DNA of 62,718 nucleotides, the filler included, from Choristocarpus tenellus KU-1152 (lineage: Eukaryota; Protista; Phaeophyceae): NCBI GenBank assembly GCA_964200185.2. It is 9 parts of 9 records of this genome, joined end to end, with 100 filler letters (N's around TTAATTAATTAA, not from the genome) between each part and the next. Parts side by side here need not be neighbours in the genome. Positions count along the whole stretch, not along the records: positions 35,836 to 50,057 come from CAXNAD020001253.1; 8 more parts are not named here. The stretch is one strand, 5' to 3'. Under the pieces are notes generated by a model. It made no database searches. It was not told the origin of the DNA and saw nothing but the letters and a program-made list of their open reading frames with translations. Positions 37,150 through 49,867 of the stretch are shown one piece after another. The position numbers were made by a program, and so were the translations under genes. The stretch's first letter is position 1; each line of letters opens with the position of its first letter.

Positions 37150-38280
37150 GGTACTTTGCAAGTATCACCTGTTTCTGGTGAGATGTACGTAGTTTGTAAC
37201 TGCCAAAGAGAAGCTACATTTCAATATATATATACACTTCTACAGTGTTTTACCTTAACCTTCAAAAGATATCCTACATTTCAAGAGTTGGCATTTCTTC
37301 CGTGATGTACCAATTTCATATAGCGGTCCAAGACCAAGCTATATTATGAGAATTGTTCATTTCTAATGACGTGGACATATTTTATTACCGCCAAAGAAGA
37401 GCTCTATTTCAATATATTTATGTATGTTTCTACTGTAATGTACCTACTGTCCGACCCTCGATGATAAGTCACATTAAGAGAGTTTGCACTTCTGGTGCGA
37501 TGTGCCAATAACTATTGGTCAAAGATAGGCCACATTACGAGAATTGCCAGTTTCTGATGAGATGCACATAAGTTGTCACCATAGAACATGAACGACATTT
37601 ATCATTTGCGTTTTCTAGTGTGATGTACCTGTTGTCTGACCCTCAAGGATAACTAACCTACATTACGAGAGTTTGCATTTCTGACGTGATGGACCAATTT
37701 GTAACGCTCAAAGATCAACTTCAATACAGAAAATGTACATTACTCGTGAGATGCGCATTTTTTTTGTCACCCCAGAAGAGGAGCCACACTTCAATATACA
37801 TCTATATGTACTCCGGTGTACCTGTTGTCTGACCCTCAAAAATAAACCACATTTGACGTTTGTGCATTTCGGAGGTGATGTAGCGACTTATCAACGGTCA
37901 AAGACAAGCCACATTACAAGAATTGGGCATTTTTGGTGAGAAAGATGTTTGTCACCGCTAAAGAGGACGATTATTTTAATATACATATATATATATATAC
38001 TGTAACGTACCTATTCTCTGTCCTTGAAAGATAAGTTATAATACGAGAGATGTGCATTCCCGATGTGATGCATCGATTTTGTATCGGTCAAGATAAGCTA
38101 CATATGAAGAATTGTCCATTTCTGATTAGTTCTATGTATTTATCACCGTCAAGAGTATATTTCAATATATGTGTATTCTACTGTGATGTACCTATTTTGT
38201 CTGAACCTCAAGGATAACCTACATGAGTTGTGCATTTTCGTGGTGACGTATCAATTTGTAACGGCCAATGATAAGCTGTT
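37150..38280. repeat. Degenerate satellite-like array (~60-bp subunits within a ~180-bp higher-order period)
   Basis: Recurring motifs tacattacgagagtttgcatttctg..gtgatgtacc, aacggtcaaagataagc and gtacctgttgtctgaccctcaa. Confidence 0.75.
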
Positions 38281-40059
38281 TGTTAAGAAGGGATGCAAAT
38301 CATTGCTTCCCTATTTCTAGACCAACGTTGATATCCTGATAAGCGAGTTGCCCATCAACATCCGCATATTCAAGTACGATTAAAACAGTTGTCTAGATCT
38401 TGTCTGTTTGTTGGGCAAGCACTGGCTGTGCAAGGAGGAGTGGCCAGAGGTGTTTGCAGTTACATCGATACTCGGCAGAAAACATCAAACTTTCAATTGC
38501 AGGAAGCAACAATGTCCTAGAATCAAAGTGAGTGGAAAGGAGGACTTCAAACCATTTTCCTGTTTAACCTTGTTTTACCCGTACCATCCAGGACCAATTA
38601 AATAGGCTCCCACGATTGTGTTCGCCTACTTGATACAGCAATACATTAAGTTGGATTGAGTTAATAATTTACATCTGCCCTGAATTGGATGGTTAGCCTG
38701 GTTGGAGAACGTCCGTGCATTGACAATTGCATGCACTTGCCCTGCAAGATCCATCAACCTTCCGGTCTTCACTTCTCTTGCTGGTTCTTTCCTCGGGATA
38801 TACACTGCAAGGACCATCCACAGCTGAGATTTTTGCATGTTGCCGTTCATTTGCTCTTACATAATTGGCCCAGCACTGTGGAAAAACTCTCTAAGCCGTA
38901 TATCACATACATTGGGCATGACAGAAAGCTAAACATGACTCGTAAGACGTGGAAGCAAGCTTGGGACCATGACTTCCAAATAGTGCAGTTATGTGTTTGT
39001 CGGTATTTACCTGTCAAGCTACAGCTACTTCTTTCCTCTACCATGCAACGGAGGATAGCGTGAAAAACCTAAACATTCGTCAACTTCATCCTCTCCAAAC
39101 CAAACCCAAGCCAGTGTCTCTATCTACCATAACACCGTTGAATGTGCGTTACAAATCTTAATCAAATATGAAGGTCCAGTTCCACCTCAATAAAAAATAT
39201 CTTGTCCATAAGCGATACAGGGCTGCATGCTGCGCCTGATGCCTATCAAGGCACAATATGCTCGACATCTTCTCCGACTATATCTCTTTCCAAGTAACCC
39301 CAACTCTGGGGATACTGAGCACCACAACGTTTCACGCTGCCAAACGGGGGCATTTCTTCCTACAATCTACAACTGTGCCATGACAAGTGATGGGAACATG
39401 TACAAGGCACTTCATGTCAATATCATGTGTGTCAGCTCCAGCATATGTGTGAAATGAAACATGCCTTGGTGACTAGGTGTAGTAGTGACCTTAGTGCTCA
39501 ATATGACAAGCTGATGATCCATCAGATATCCCAGCATATGTAGATATCAATATCATCAGAAGTGTATGCTTTGTAGTTTAGGGTGCATCAACAAAAGGAA
39601 TTCGTTGCACAGCGATGGGCTGGTTGTCGTCACATACTCCAAATAATTGATGACATTAGGATAACCTTCTGCCTTCTGAACTCCCATAGCTATAGGCATC
39701 ATCACATCTATTCAAATTGACAACTCGTGCAAAGAACACAAGTATGACAAAATCGTGCTAAGGAACACAAGTTCGACAATCTGCCAAGGATATGCTCAAC
39801 AACTCAAAAACAATATACTAACCCCCAAAATATGCTGAATAATACAAACACTCACGACACCACTGCCCTGTAACACATATGCACTGCCCAACGAAATTCC
39901 CATACCATATATAATTTTACCCACCCATCCAATACCTTAGTACCCATCCACACTTCCTGAAACGTAAGGAGCAATGCACCTATTTAATACCGACCCGATC
40001 CACCCTGCTACATTAAAGATACCACAGCAAACGGTACACCCCCACCTACACACCTGAGA

Positions 40060-40990
40060 GGTCCCTGTGGCCGCAAACCCATTCAGAAAACAATCAAATT
40101 GCCTCTCCAGGGGACTTCTCGCGGACATGCATCCTCCATGCAAACATACTATACACTTCAAAGCTCTCTGAAACACTAGACTGTCAGAATCCGATTCCGA
40201 AACTGTTCTTTGCATTCAAATCCTAGAACGCTACAATTCGTGATGGTCTTCATACAATGAACCACCACATCAAGCACAGCTCATTCGTATTTGGTGCAAA
40301 CTGTAGAGACATGGTATATGGGTGTATTCACCGGCCACTTTGCTGCACCCCTATCGAAGCAAATGCTACTAGGTATGTCCAATATTGGCAACAGGTCGCC
40401 CACTCCCCGCCTGTACTCAATCCAGTTGGAAAACACACAAATAACCAGGGCCGTTGCCTGTGAAACATGAGGCACAGCTGTCTACTTCAGCCACCTGCCA
40501 CAGCCCAGTAGGTCTATCTTCTCTGCTCAGTACACTTGGGTCTACACTTGTGGTTGGTTGTACAATAACGCGAGACAGACACACTCATTCCTGAGAAAGC
40601 ACTGCCATCCCTGAGCAGGCAAGTGTTAGAGCCATTCTATGCCAGAGCAAATGAGCCACGTCAAGTTTTGGCAGGCGTACTTGGTGCTCACAGTCACCTT
40701 CTCAATCCTGCCATCACGATGGCGGCCTCTCTTCTTGTACGTCCCACAAACACCTCCATCTTGCTCTTCATCCACACAACGACTTCATCCACAAAACTAC
40801 CTCATCCACCGCTTCACAGTGGCGGTGGCGGTGCGAGAGGCTGCAACATTGGCAGTGGCAGCGGCCATGTCTCGGAGCCTGGAGGCGGTGGCAGCCGTCT
40901 GGGATCTGGTGGAAGTGGAAGGGGATATCACCAGTGAAATTGGATTTGGGAACAGAGGGATAGAACACATGCCACAAATCAAATAACATG
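40060..40990 (+). pseudogene. Heavily decayed PIF/Harbinger-like DDE transposase
   Basis: FGANCRDMVYGCIHRPLCCTP resembles NC.gfiDGt.Rp.cRP, and AAAMSRSLEAVAAVWDL resembles N.aMS..R.aVEW.F. The two motifs are in the expected order but broken across frames. Confidence 0.45.
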
Positions 40991-41149
40991 GGTGGTGTTG
41001 ATGCATGTTGATCGCACAACCGTAAAAGCACCCCTCTCTCATTGTGAGGGACAACAAGAGAATATTTTAATCCCATTGCCACTAGAGACAATCGTGTCAA
41101 ATCTGGGTGAAAGAGCTTCCAAATATAGAGTGACTGATGAAACGAACCA

Positions 41150-41328
41150 GACCCCAAAGTATCTGGGAGGGGGGGAGGGTCTACACCAAGGTGTCCATTT
41201 GGGCCATAACCAGGGAAAGTGCACTTACATTATCCATCCGACGCATGCAACCAAATCACCCAAAATTTGCGACATCAACAAATCATCCCAACTGGACAAC
41301 CACCACCCCCTCCCAGATACTTCGAGCC
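41150..41328 (+). mobile_element. MITE family A copy
   Basis: gaccccaaagtatctgggagg / ctcccagatacttcgagcc; acca on both flanks. Confidence 0.88.
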
Positions 41329-41882
41329 ACCAAGAGGTCAGCAATGTTCGGCACATGTGTGACAGGAAGCACAAAAGGAGGTCTTTCTACCCTAGTGAAA
41401 AGGTCAATCTTGGGAAATTTCTCAGTCACCTTGTCCGAGGTCCCTGCTTCATGGGTGACCCCACAGCCTTTCTCCGGCCCTCCACATTGCGTGGTGCAGA
41501 GCTGTACGGAAGAGGAGGTGGGCCACGTAAATTGTCAGCTTTAGTGTGAAGGATAAACTTGGCACTAAACCATGGTGAAGGATGCGTTCACTTCTCAGGG
41601 AGTCCCTTTTCTGTAGAACACTAGATACATGGGATTGGAAGGGGTCGGATCGGGCAAGAGGCATAATACACAGCATCCTTGTCTGAAGAAGGATACACAC
41701 TATCTTACCCTTCTTCAATATGGAACGAAGACCGAGTAGGAGATGCACCTGGTGATATGGAGTGTTCATGCGTCATTGACTAGGAACGGATCTCCATAAC
41801 TGAACTACCTTCTCCCGTTGCACATGTACCCTGCTATACACACCTGTCCTGCTGATTTAGAATGGCAATAGCCCCTTCTTAC

Positions 41883-44800
41883 CTTGTAGAACTGTGCCCA
41901 ACTGCTGCCCTAGCCCTTGATGAGTTGTTCTCTCCAGCCCGCACCCCGCCTGATCTGTCCCCCGCATGTCCTGCCCCATCACCTCCAAGCCCCTGGGCCC
42001 TGGGAGAGCGACCCTCACTTCCTCCTTTCAGGATCGATCTCCTCTCCCTGCCTCCAGCCCCTCCCGTGCTGATCCCATCCCGCATTGAGGTTGAGGATCT
42101 GTTCTTTCCTACCAGTCCCCTCTTCACCCCCACCTCCTGCTCAACCATGCGCTGCTGCATTGACATCATCCTGACTCCTGAGGTGTTCCGTGGGGACACG
42201 TCCCTGATGTTGCCATCTCTCTTCCCTAGCGGTGTTGTGGGTCTTCCCATGGATGCCCGTGGGCGGGACTCCTTGCTACTCCTTGCTACTTTGCCATAGC
42301 ATTCTTCCCTCTCCTTCAATATGGGGATTCTCGTGGGGGGGGTGTTGCACTTGTGATTGGTCACCACGGTTGGATCTGCAGCAGGACTCATGTGGCTGTT
42401 TGTCTCCTCCTTGTCTGATTCAAGAGGCACCGATGATGTGTGATTGGAAGATGGCTTTTCAATCGGGAGTACTTTCCCTGTGAAATCGTCCTCCAAATCA
42501 TCCAGCCCCGGGCCCACAGAGGCCGATTGAGGTTTATGTTGCGCCTGCTTGGTGGTACCTCGATCCTGTTGTGTTGTTCCTGAGTTGGTGCGATCAGCCT
42601 GCCAATAGGCAGGGGATGCATGCACACACCACAACCGGTCCATTGGGGGTAGACTGTATTACTATACATTAATGGGGGCAAAAGATGCTCCTGGTAGAAA
42701 TTAGAACATCTGTGCCCAAACGAGGCGAGCTCTACCTCATGAGGGAGGAGACTTGACACTGCTCCTTACAGGGTAATACTCTGCGGTTGAGGTTGTCCAA
42801 TCATCTCCTGCTACTGTCTTTACCTGGGCTTCACGTAGCTGTTTCTTCAGGAAAGCCACCTTCTGCTCCTCCTCATGTAGGGCCTTCTCTGTTGCACGCA
42901 GCTTTCATGGTTTGAGAATCGACAAGGTGCAGCGCAGAATGGAGAGGAGGAGTTAGGGAGGTACCTTGGAGTGTTGCAAGAATGTCAGAATGGGACAAAA
43001 ATGGGGATTTGCCCTTGGCTCTATTCAACCTTGAATAGGATGAACCATATATTTGTATGCACATTGGACAGTTGTCACATGCAGAGGTCGTGGGATTGTG
43101 GGGTGAGAAACATCTGCTGATCAACATACTGTGGTAAGTCTTCCTCTCCTCGGTGAGGTACTTGTTGAACCAAACTAACTCAGAAATTTCCCTCTGACAA
43201 ACAACAGAATCAATTGAGCAAGTCAAGAGCCCCCCGCCCCTAGTCCATAGTCACTGGTCTAGTCTCTCTGGAATAGTGTAGGAAACTGACACAACAAATG
43301 TGACCAGTGCAACTTCTTCTATAATGGAGGTAGAACACAATCACCATTGCAGGAGTTGCACATTGAAAGTTGTGCTTCACTTGAGCGGTGGGATGTATAG
43401 ATTTCTCTCTATTGAGATGGGTACATTTCGGTGCACTATAGGCCAGCTAGCGGAGAGGGTACATATACCACCATCTTGTGGCGATCTGATGGCCAAATCA
43501 ACTGATCGTTTGGAGAGTGCAAGAAGAACACCTGCCCCAAATCACAACACACCTTCTCCTCCAGATATGAGCGTTGCTCTGCCTCATGCTTCCTGTGAAC
43601 CCTCTCTGCTGTAAGCTCTTTCCTCAAGCCGTCCAATTCCTTGTCCTTCTGGTTTGTTGTCTGTTTGTTCGGGGTGCATCAATGGGATTGGTAGGTGGAG
43701 CTACTTCAATGATGGGTTGGCAAGTAGGGGGTAAGGCGGAAGGGGGAATCATCTTCCAAGGAACTGAAAAGAGGCTAATGGCTAGTTGCCCTCTTCCCAC
43801 TGCTGCTTCCCGCATTCAAGTCCAACACACAGTGTCTATGCTGGATTTCAGCTGCTCTTTCTTCTCCCTCGGAGTCTTGATTATGGAGCGGAAGAGCTTC
43901 TCCCGCGCAGCACGCCTTTCCAGTTTATATGACTTCACTCCGAGGTGCAACATGGAGGGTACAGAAGCAATAGCAGCAACAGGCAAGGCCTGGTTGCTAA
44001 GTTGGAGGATATTTTAGGTGGTGCTGTGGGGAGTGCACGGCAACAGGCGAAGCAAATCACATGGCAAGAGCTGAGAATCCCAAACCTCGTCCCTTCTGCT
44101 GCTCAACCTCTGGCCACGAGAGGTAAAAAGGAAGTAATCATATTAACTGTTGTTGCTATAGTTGCCTACTCTCTATATATCTGGTCCTATCCTCTACAAC
44201 CTGCATTCTCAGTCAAGCAAAATGCAATCGTTGCCTGCATGTGCTTTTCATTCTCCCTGCTGATCCTGAGCACAAAACAGAAAAGGGCACTCTGGATGGG
44301 TTTGATGGAACATACTACTTTTTCGAACAGGAAGAGCTTTCAACTCTGTGCTTGGGACTACTAGGGAGAAGAATGAGGAGCAGCTGGAAGAAACCGTTGA
44401 ACAATCCGAGGCTGGGAATGCAGGTTGTTGAAGGTGGCACAAGAGTTCTAGGTATCAAGTAGAGAGGGGGCACTGTTGTCCTGCATTCATACTGATACTA
44501 ATAGCGTGGCTCTTAAGCAATAGGACTGGATTTCCGAGTTCGAATTTTGAAGGGTAGAGAGGCCATGTGGATGTTAGGCGACTGAGGAGGATGAAATTTG
44601 TTGCATGTGGACTGTCTCACATCAGAGCTGCTTAGACCTGCATAGGTAGCGGTATGTTGATCAGAGCAGTACCACCGGGAGACATTGCCAGGTGCATATG
44701 GCAAAGGGTAGAATGTACACAAGAAGCCAGCAGCAATTTGTTTTCAATTTTACCATCCCAATCATTACAATCCTGTCTATTGCACTCCTTTGTACTGAGG

Positions 44801-47371
44801 CATGTATGAAAAATGCAGTAGTAGGACAGCTCTCTCAAACCACATAGCAAGATAGGTGTACCATCTACTTCACATCCTCATAGAGCCTACCTTGGCCTCC
44901 TCCATTGAAGCAATTTTATCTTCCAGCTTCTGGTTTGCCTCCCGGCCGGTTTTGACCATACTCCGAAGCAACTTCTCCTTGTTACAGTGTTTCCCTTCTT
45001 CGTATGTCTTGTTTGTAGGTGTGAGGTCGATAGGAACAACACGAGCCAGAGGGACAGTAGCAACATGAATATGCTAGTTGCTTTCCTGGCGGGATTATAT
45101 CAACTTAGCATTATTGACAAACAACATTTTGGGGTGAGGTAAACGTGCAACTTGTCTCATCATTTTCTGGCAATGTGGCTGGAACGGTACTGTCAAGGGA
45201 AGGGGAAGGTGTGGCAGTGTCAACGCGGCGATTCTCCACAGGAGCAACTGCAGGAGCATTGAACATCCACCCACCAGTGTCTTGGTATGTTGCCCAAGTG
45301 CTCCCATGACATCCTCAGTGTTCTTGCTCAGCATGCAGCGCACCTGGGAGGAATGGGCAATCAAAGAATATTGTGAATGAGGTGAGTGGTGTGTGGTAGA
45401 TTGTTGCGTGATATACTCCAGATACACTCTTATAGTATTGTTGTCGACTGTGACAGAATAGAGGGAGGTGTACGAGATCATCCACAACAGCAGCTGCATA
45501 TATGCACAAAGGAACCTCGGCAAAGCACAATGGTGTTGTTCTGCAGAAATATCAAGGACCTTGTGCTTTGCATAGAGCGTGAAAGTGGGATGCTTAGAGG
45601 GCAGACATTCGAGTGAAAGTATCTTAGAGGGTACGAATTTTGCCCTGTTTGTCCATTTGGGGCTTGGCTTCCCCCGGGTTTTTAATGACATAGTACCTGC
45701 TCCAAAGTGTTCCAGAGTAGGTAGAATGTTTATGTTATGAATTGAAGTGTCCGGAACGAGGATATTGACATCTCCTAACAAACATGATAGCCAACATTAC
45801 ATCAAAATTGTAACATTGGATTTTGGCCCCCAAATGGACACGGCTCTACCCTCTAAGATACTTTAACTCATATTCTTGTATGATTTCCATAGCAGCAGCA
45901 TCCCACAATGGTGCACAATAATCAAGCAGTGATTGGTATGAAAGATGGATGTGGAATATTTCGTGCTCCAATATACTCCGATGAATGTCACTCCCGAGGA
46001 ACAATAGGTCATTGGTTGACAGGTTTCACCGCTCAGAATTGACGAGTACCAGCGTCTGACCCCCTGCCAAGCATGCAAGGGAGACATGCCATGCCAGGGG
46101 GTAGATTCTTTGGATACACTGTCAAATTGTCCGACACAAAAAGTATCTGGGGGGGGGTGGAGGGGGCTATCTTCACCAGGGTGTCCATTTGGACCATAAC
46201 CAGGAAAAGTGCACTTACATTATCCATCCGACGTATGCAACTAATCACCAAAAAATCGCGACAGGAAAAAAATTGACCCCAAATGGACAGCCGTCACCCC
46301 ACCTCGGATACTTTGAAACTCCCACTCCCATATACTTCTTTGTGTTCAAGAAGCTGTGACGGATGAAAGTGGGTTTTGTTGAATGCCTGATGATAGCCCT
46401 CCGTAGTAGACAAACGTTTTCCAAACTCAGGCAACACTCCCATCCTAAGAGTGGAGATGCTGTATACACACCATGGTCAGAAGATCAGAGCCCCCTCCGT
46501 TATCAGAACCGTCCTGTAGAGTCGTCATAGCTGACGTCTCTGCGTTGGAAGGCAGGGTGGAGGTCATGCTGTCCGGTGGTTTATCCGCCCAGGCCTCTAC
46601 GGACCTTGCCCGTCTGAGTGCACGGTCGCTACTATCAGAAGTCTGAGGGCACCCGGGATGTATGGGGTTCGTAAGTGGCAGCAGACCAATTGCAAGGAAG
46701 AAATAGAGTCGATTCTAGAGTCATGCGGTGGTTAAACGGATGGGGAATGGGAAACTATCTATGTGGTAACTTTGTGAGAGCACGTTTTTGTAGTGAAGGT
46801 CCAGTGTATGCGCGACCTTGATATCATTGAGGAGACGGGTTAGACGAGAGGGGGTCGAAGTCCTCAAACTGCCGAAGTTGCGACGACAAAGAATACCAAG
46901 TCCTCTCTGGTGGAAATTATCGGCTCATTGGCACGAGGAAAGCAAGATGCGGAGATCTAAACGCCAATGATCGCACGTGGATGACAGCCGACGCTTGCCG
47001 CGATAGAGGGCAGAGGTATCCTTCAACCCCAATTTCAAAGAGGCTCGCGTGGGAGGCTCCTCTGTAGACGGAGGATACGGTGAGGTACCCCTCCTATTCG
47101 TTGTTGTGTCGACGCTCTACCCATTGAATGTCTTAGGGTAGCTTTCCCTACCTTATTTCTACTATCACCTCACCTGGTGATCGACGTCCTGGTGTGTGTG
47201 TCCCCCGTGACTGCAGGGTGACGGGAAAGACATCATATTATTTACGAGAGGCGATCTGGAGCAGATGGAAGATTCCTGTCTCGCTGTGGTTGCCACTGCC
47301 GAGGATTGGGATGATCCTGAAGCGTTAGTCGATCGGTGTGTCTCGCTCGACACTCTTCCTGTCCCCTTCAT
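41883..47371 (-). CDS. Multi-exon gene for an unknown coiled-coil/low-complexity protein; exons include 47371-47174 (tentative), 45343-45275, 45007-44891, 43648-43553, 42901-42824, 42598-41883
   Basis: Four internal exons have AG/GT ends and lengths that are multiples of 3 (69, 117, 96, 78 nt): ..EANQKLEDKIASMEEAK / KDKELDGLRKELTAERVHRKHEAEQRSYLEEK / LRATEKALHEEEQKVAFLKKQLREAQ / ADRTNSG... Confidence 0.6.
45611..45869 (+). mobile_element. MITE family B copy
   Basis: gagtgaaagtatcttagagggtac / taccctctaagatactttaactc. Confidence 0.88.
46133..46319 (+). mobile_element. MITE family A copy
   Basis: TIR core aaagtatctgggg / ggatactttgaaac; TCC on both flanks. Confidence 0.85.
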
Positions 47372-48776
47372 CTGTCACAGGATGGTTACACCAGGTTCTT
47401 GACAGTTGATGATTTACTACTAGATCACACAGTTCTACTACATACAGTATATATGTGTAATATTTTACCAAATAGACATATTTTTTGTATGATACACCAT
47501 TGATAGTGTATTTTCCTCATTCTTGTGCTGAGTGTAGTCAGGGATTTGCTGAGTGATCCAATCAGCGTTCAAGATAGGGGTTGTACCATCAAGATACTAC
47601 CTTTACCACCAATATTGGTTGGATATTCCACTAATCTGTAGATAATGATGTATTGATGTATTCTTCGTATTCCACGTACTATTATTAGTGTTGTGCAACT
47701 ATTGATCTAGATACAGTAATACTTTTCAACACATTTGACCAAACTACACCACCCACTTCGTAGATTTATCCTTACATCATTATTTCCATTGGATAGTCTT
47801 GAACGCCTCCATAAAAGCAAGGAGAGAGTTTCTTGTATGATGTAGCCACCCGTGTGGGATGGGGGGAAGGGACTGGGTCCTTGTCGGAAAAGAATGTTTT
47901 TAATAACCACCTGAAGACAGTCTCCGTCACTACACAACAAGCAGGTCTTTCGAGGTAGATCATGTGTTTCAACCAATTTAGTGGTACTGGATTTGTGAGC
48001 ACGAAGGGTTCTGACATATTCTAGGATTCTTCCCTCCCAGCTCCTCACCCACCTACATAGCGGTAGGTTGGGAGCTTAGCAGTGTGAATATTGGTGTGTA
48101 GAGAACAATCACCCAGTGCACATCGTCGAATAGAGTTAGGCCCGACATGGAGTGGGACAAGTCTTTGCTCTTTGTTCTTCATACTGTCACATTATTGAAG
48201 TGGATATTTTATTTTTTCATGTACACAGCATTCATTTAGTGATCACTGCCTCTTCTTACATGTAAGAAGAAGACAAATGTGGAACCACTGGCACTAGGTG
48301 GAAGGCAGACAGACTTTTCAGGCTGAAGGGGACCGGGAGGACCTATAGGAGGATGTGGGTAGGAGAGAGAAGACATGGACGAAGGCCAGATAAAGCAAAG
48401 GTCGCTCGGAGGAGGAGTGACAAGGGATGTGAAAATGTAGGGCTTGGAAGCTCCACTCGACATCCTGCTGCTGAATTGTTTTTGGACTAGCTGTTGTTCT
48501 GTCTGCATGAGAGGCATTCACGGCAATAGAACTAACTCCGAGGAGGTGTATACCTTACAGTGGAAGGGCACCTTAAATTAAAGTATATGTTGGATCGAAG
48601 CTGGCTTTGAATGTATCACATCAAACCATTTATTTACTGTCATGGTGTTTGAAATTGAAGTAGGATAGATTGTGTGAGAACTGGTCCTTAGACGTTGTTC
48701 AACGTTCGGCGTAGCATGTTGAATAGTATTTAGGAAAATTGTTCTTATCCTTTGCCCGAAACCGAACTTGTAGAGA

Positions 48777-48950
48777 GACCCAAGTATCTGGGGGGGAGGG
48801 GATCTACACAAGGGTGTCAATTTGCGTCAAAATCAGGAAAAGTTCATTTACATTGTCCATTCGACTTATGCAACCAAATCACCAAAAAATCGCGACATGA
48901 AAAAATTGCCCCCCAATGGACAGCCGCCATCCCCCCAGATACTTTGGGTC
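48777..48950 (+). mobile_element. MITE family A copy
   Basis: gacccaagtatctggggg / ccccagatactttgggtc. Confidence 0.88.
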
Positions 48951-49688
48951 TAGATGTTTTTTTCTCTGATTGTTTCTCATCCTCAAAGTCAATAGGATGC
49001 GGAAGCCTTGTTGTGCTATAGTACGCATGTCACAGAGGAAATCGATTCTCGGGCATTTCATAGACAATAGACACTATGAAGCAACTGGTGCCCAAACGTT
49101 TTCCTGTAAATGTTGTTACATAGCAAAAATGCTCCAACAATTTGGTGGAAAAAATTCGTTGCAGGCTGAGTATGAGCAGGTGTTCTCAATTACAACCAGT
49201 GATGAGGATAGTGTAGTTCAGAGAGTGCAATGCACAAATGTTGAACATGGCTTCAATATTTCTTGTCTGCTTTTCCCTTTGAAGGATTCCACTACGACCA
49301 CCCCTGGGAATGCAAAGTCGCTTCCCAAATTCCTTACCTGTGTGAGATCCCATTACCAGAAGGAAGTCTCTTCAACATCACCTATTCCCCTTCCCCAAAG
49401 CCACCTTACCACACTACATGTAGTGATAAGCTTTCAGACACCATCATACACCACCAGATTGAACAGATGCATGTAGGCGGTTTTTCAACCCTGAAAATTC
49501 CCCAAGTGCTGCAGTTTCAGAAGGGGAAGAGGGTTTGCCTTGTCAGTAAGGTGACGTATAGGAGTATTTTATTTACTTGCAGCTAACTACAGTATTCAGA
49601 GAAGGCACACGCAGCAGCAAGAACAGCAGAGCTGGGTTCTGAGGTAGAGCTCCTGCTGATTATCCTTTACAAGTATTGCTGAGCATTT

Positions 49689-49867
49689 GACCTAAACAGT
49701 ATCTGGGAGGGGGGGAGGGTCTACATCAGGGTGTCCATTTTGACCATAACCAGGAAAAGTGCACTTACATTATCCATCCGACGTATGCAACCAAATCACC
49801 CAAAAATCGCGACGTGAAAAATTGACCCCAAATTGACAACCACCACCACCCCCAGATACTTCGAACC
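49689..49867 (+). mobile_element. MITE family A copy (another begins at 49990 and is cut by the contig end)
   Basis: gacctaaacagtatctggg / cccagatacttcgaacc; TTT on both flanks. Confidence 0.88.

Noticed and set aside
48970-49476. BED zinc finger or hAT transposase relic (KSILGHF..FSCKCC)
   Set aside because: The resemblance is too weak, with no second metal-ligand pair in the expected position and no downstream DDE motifs.
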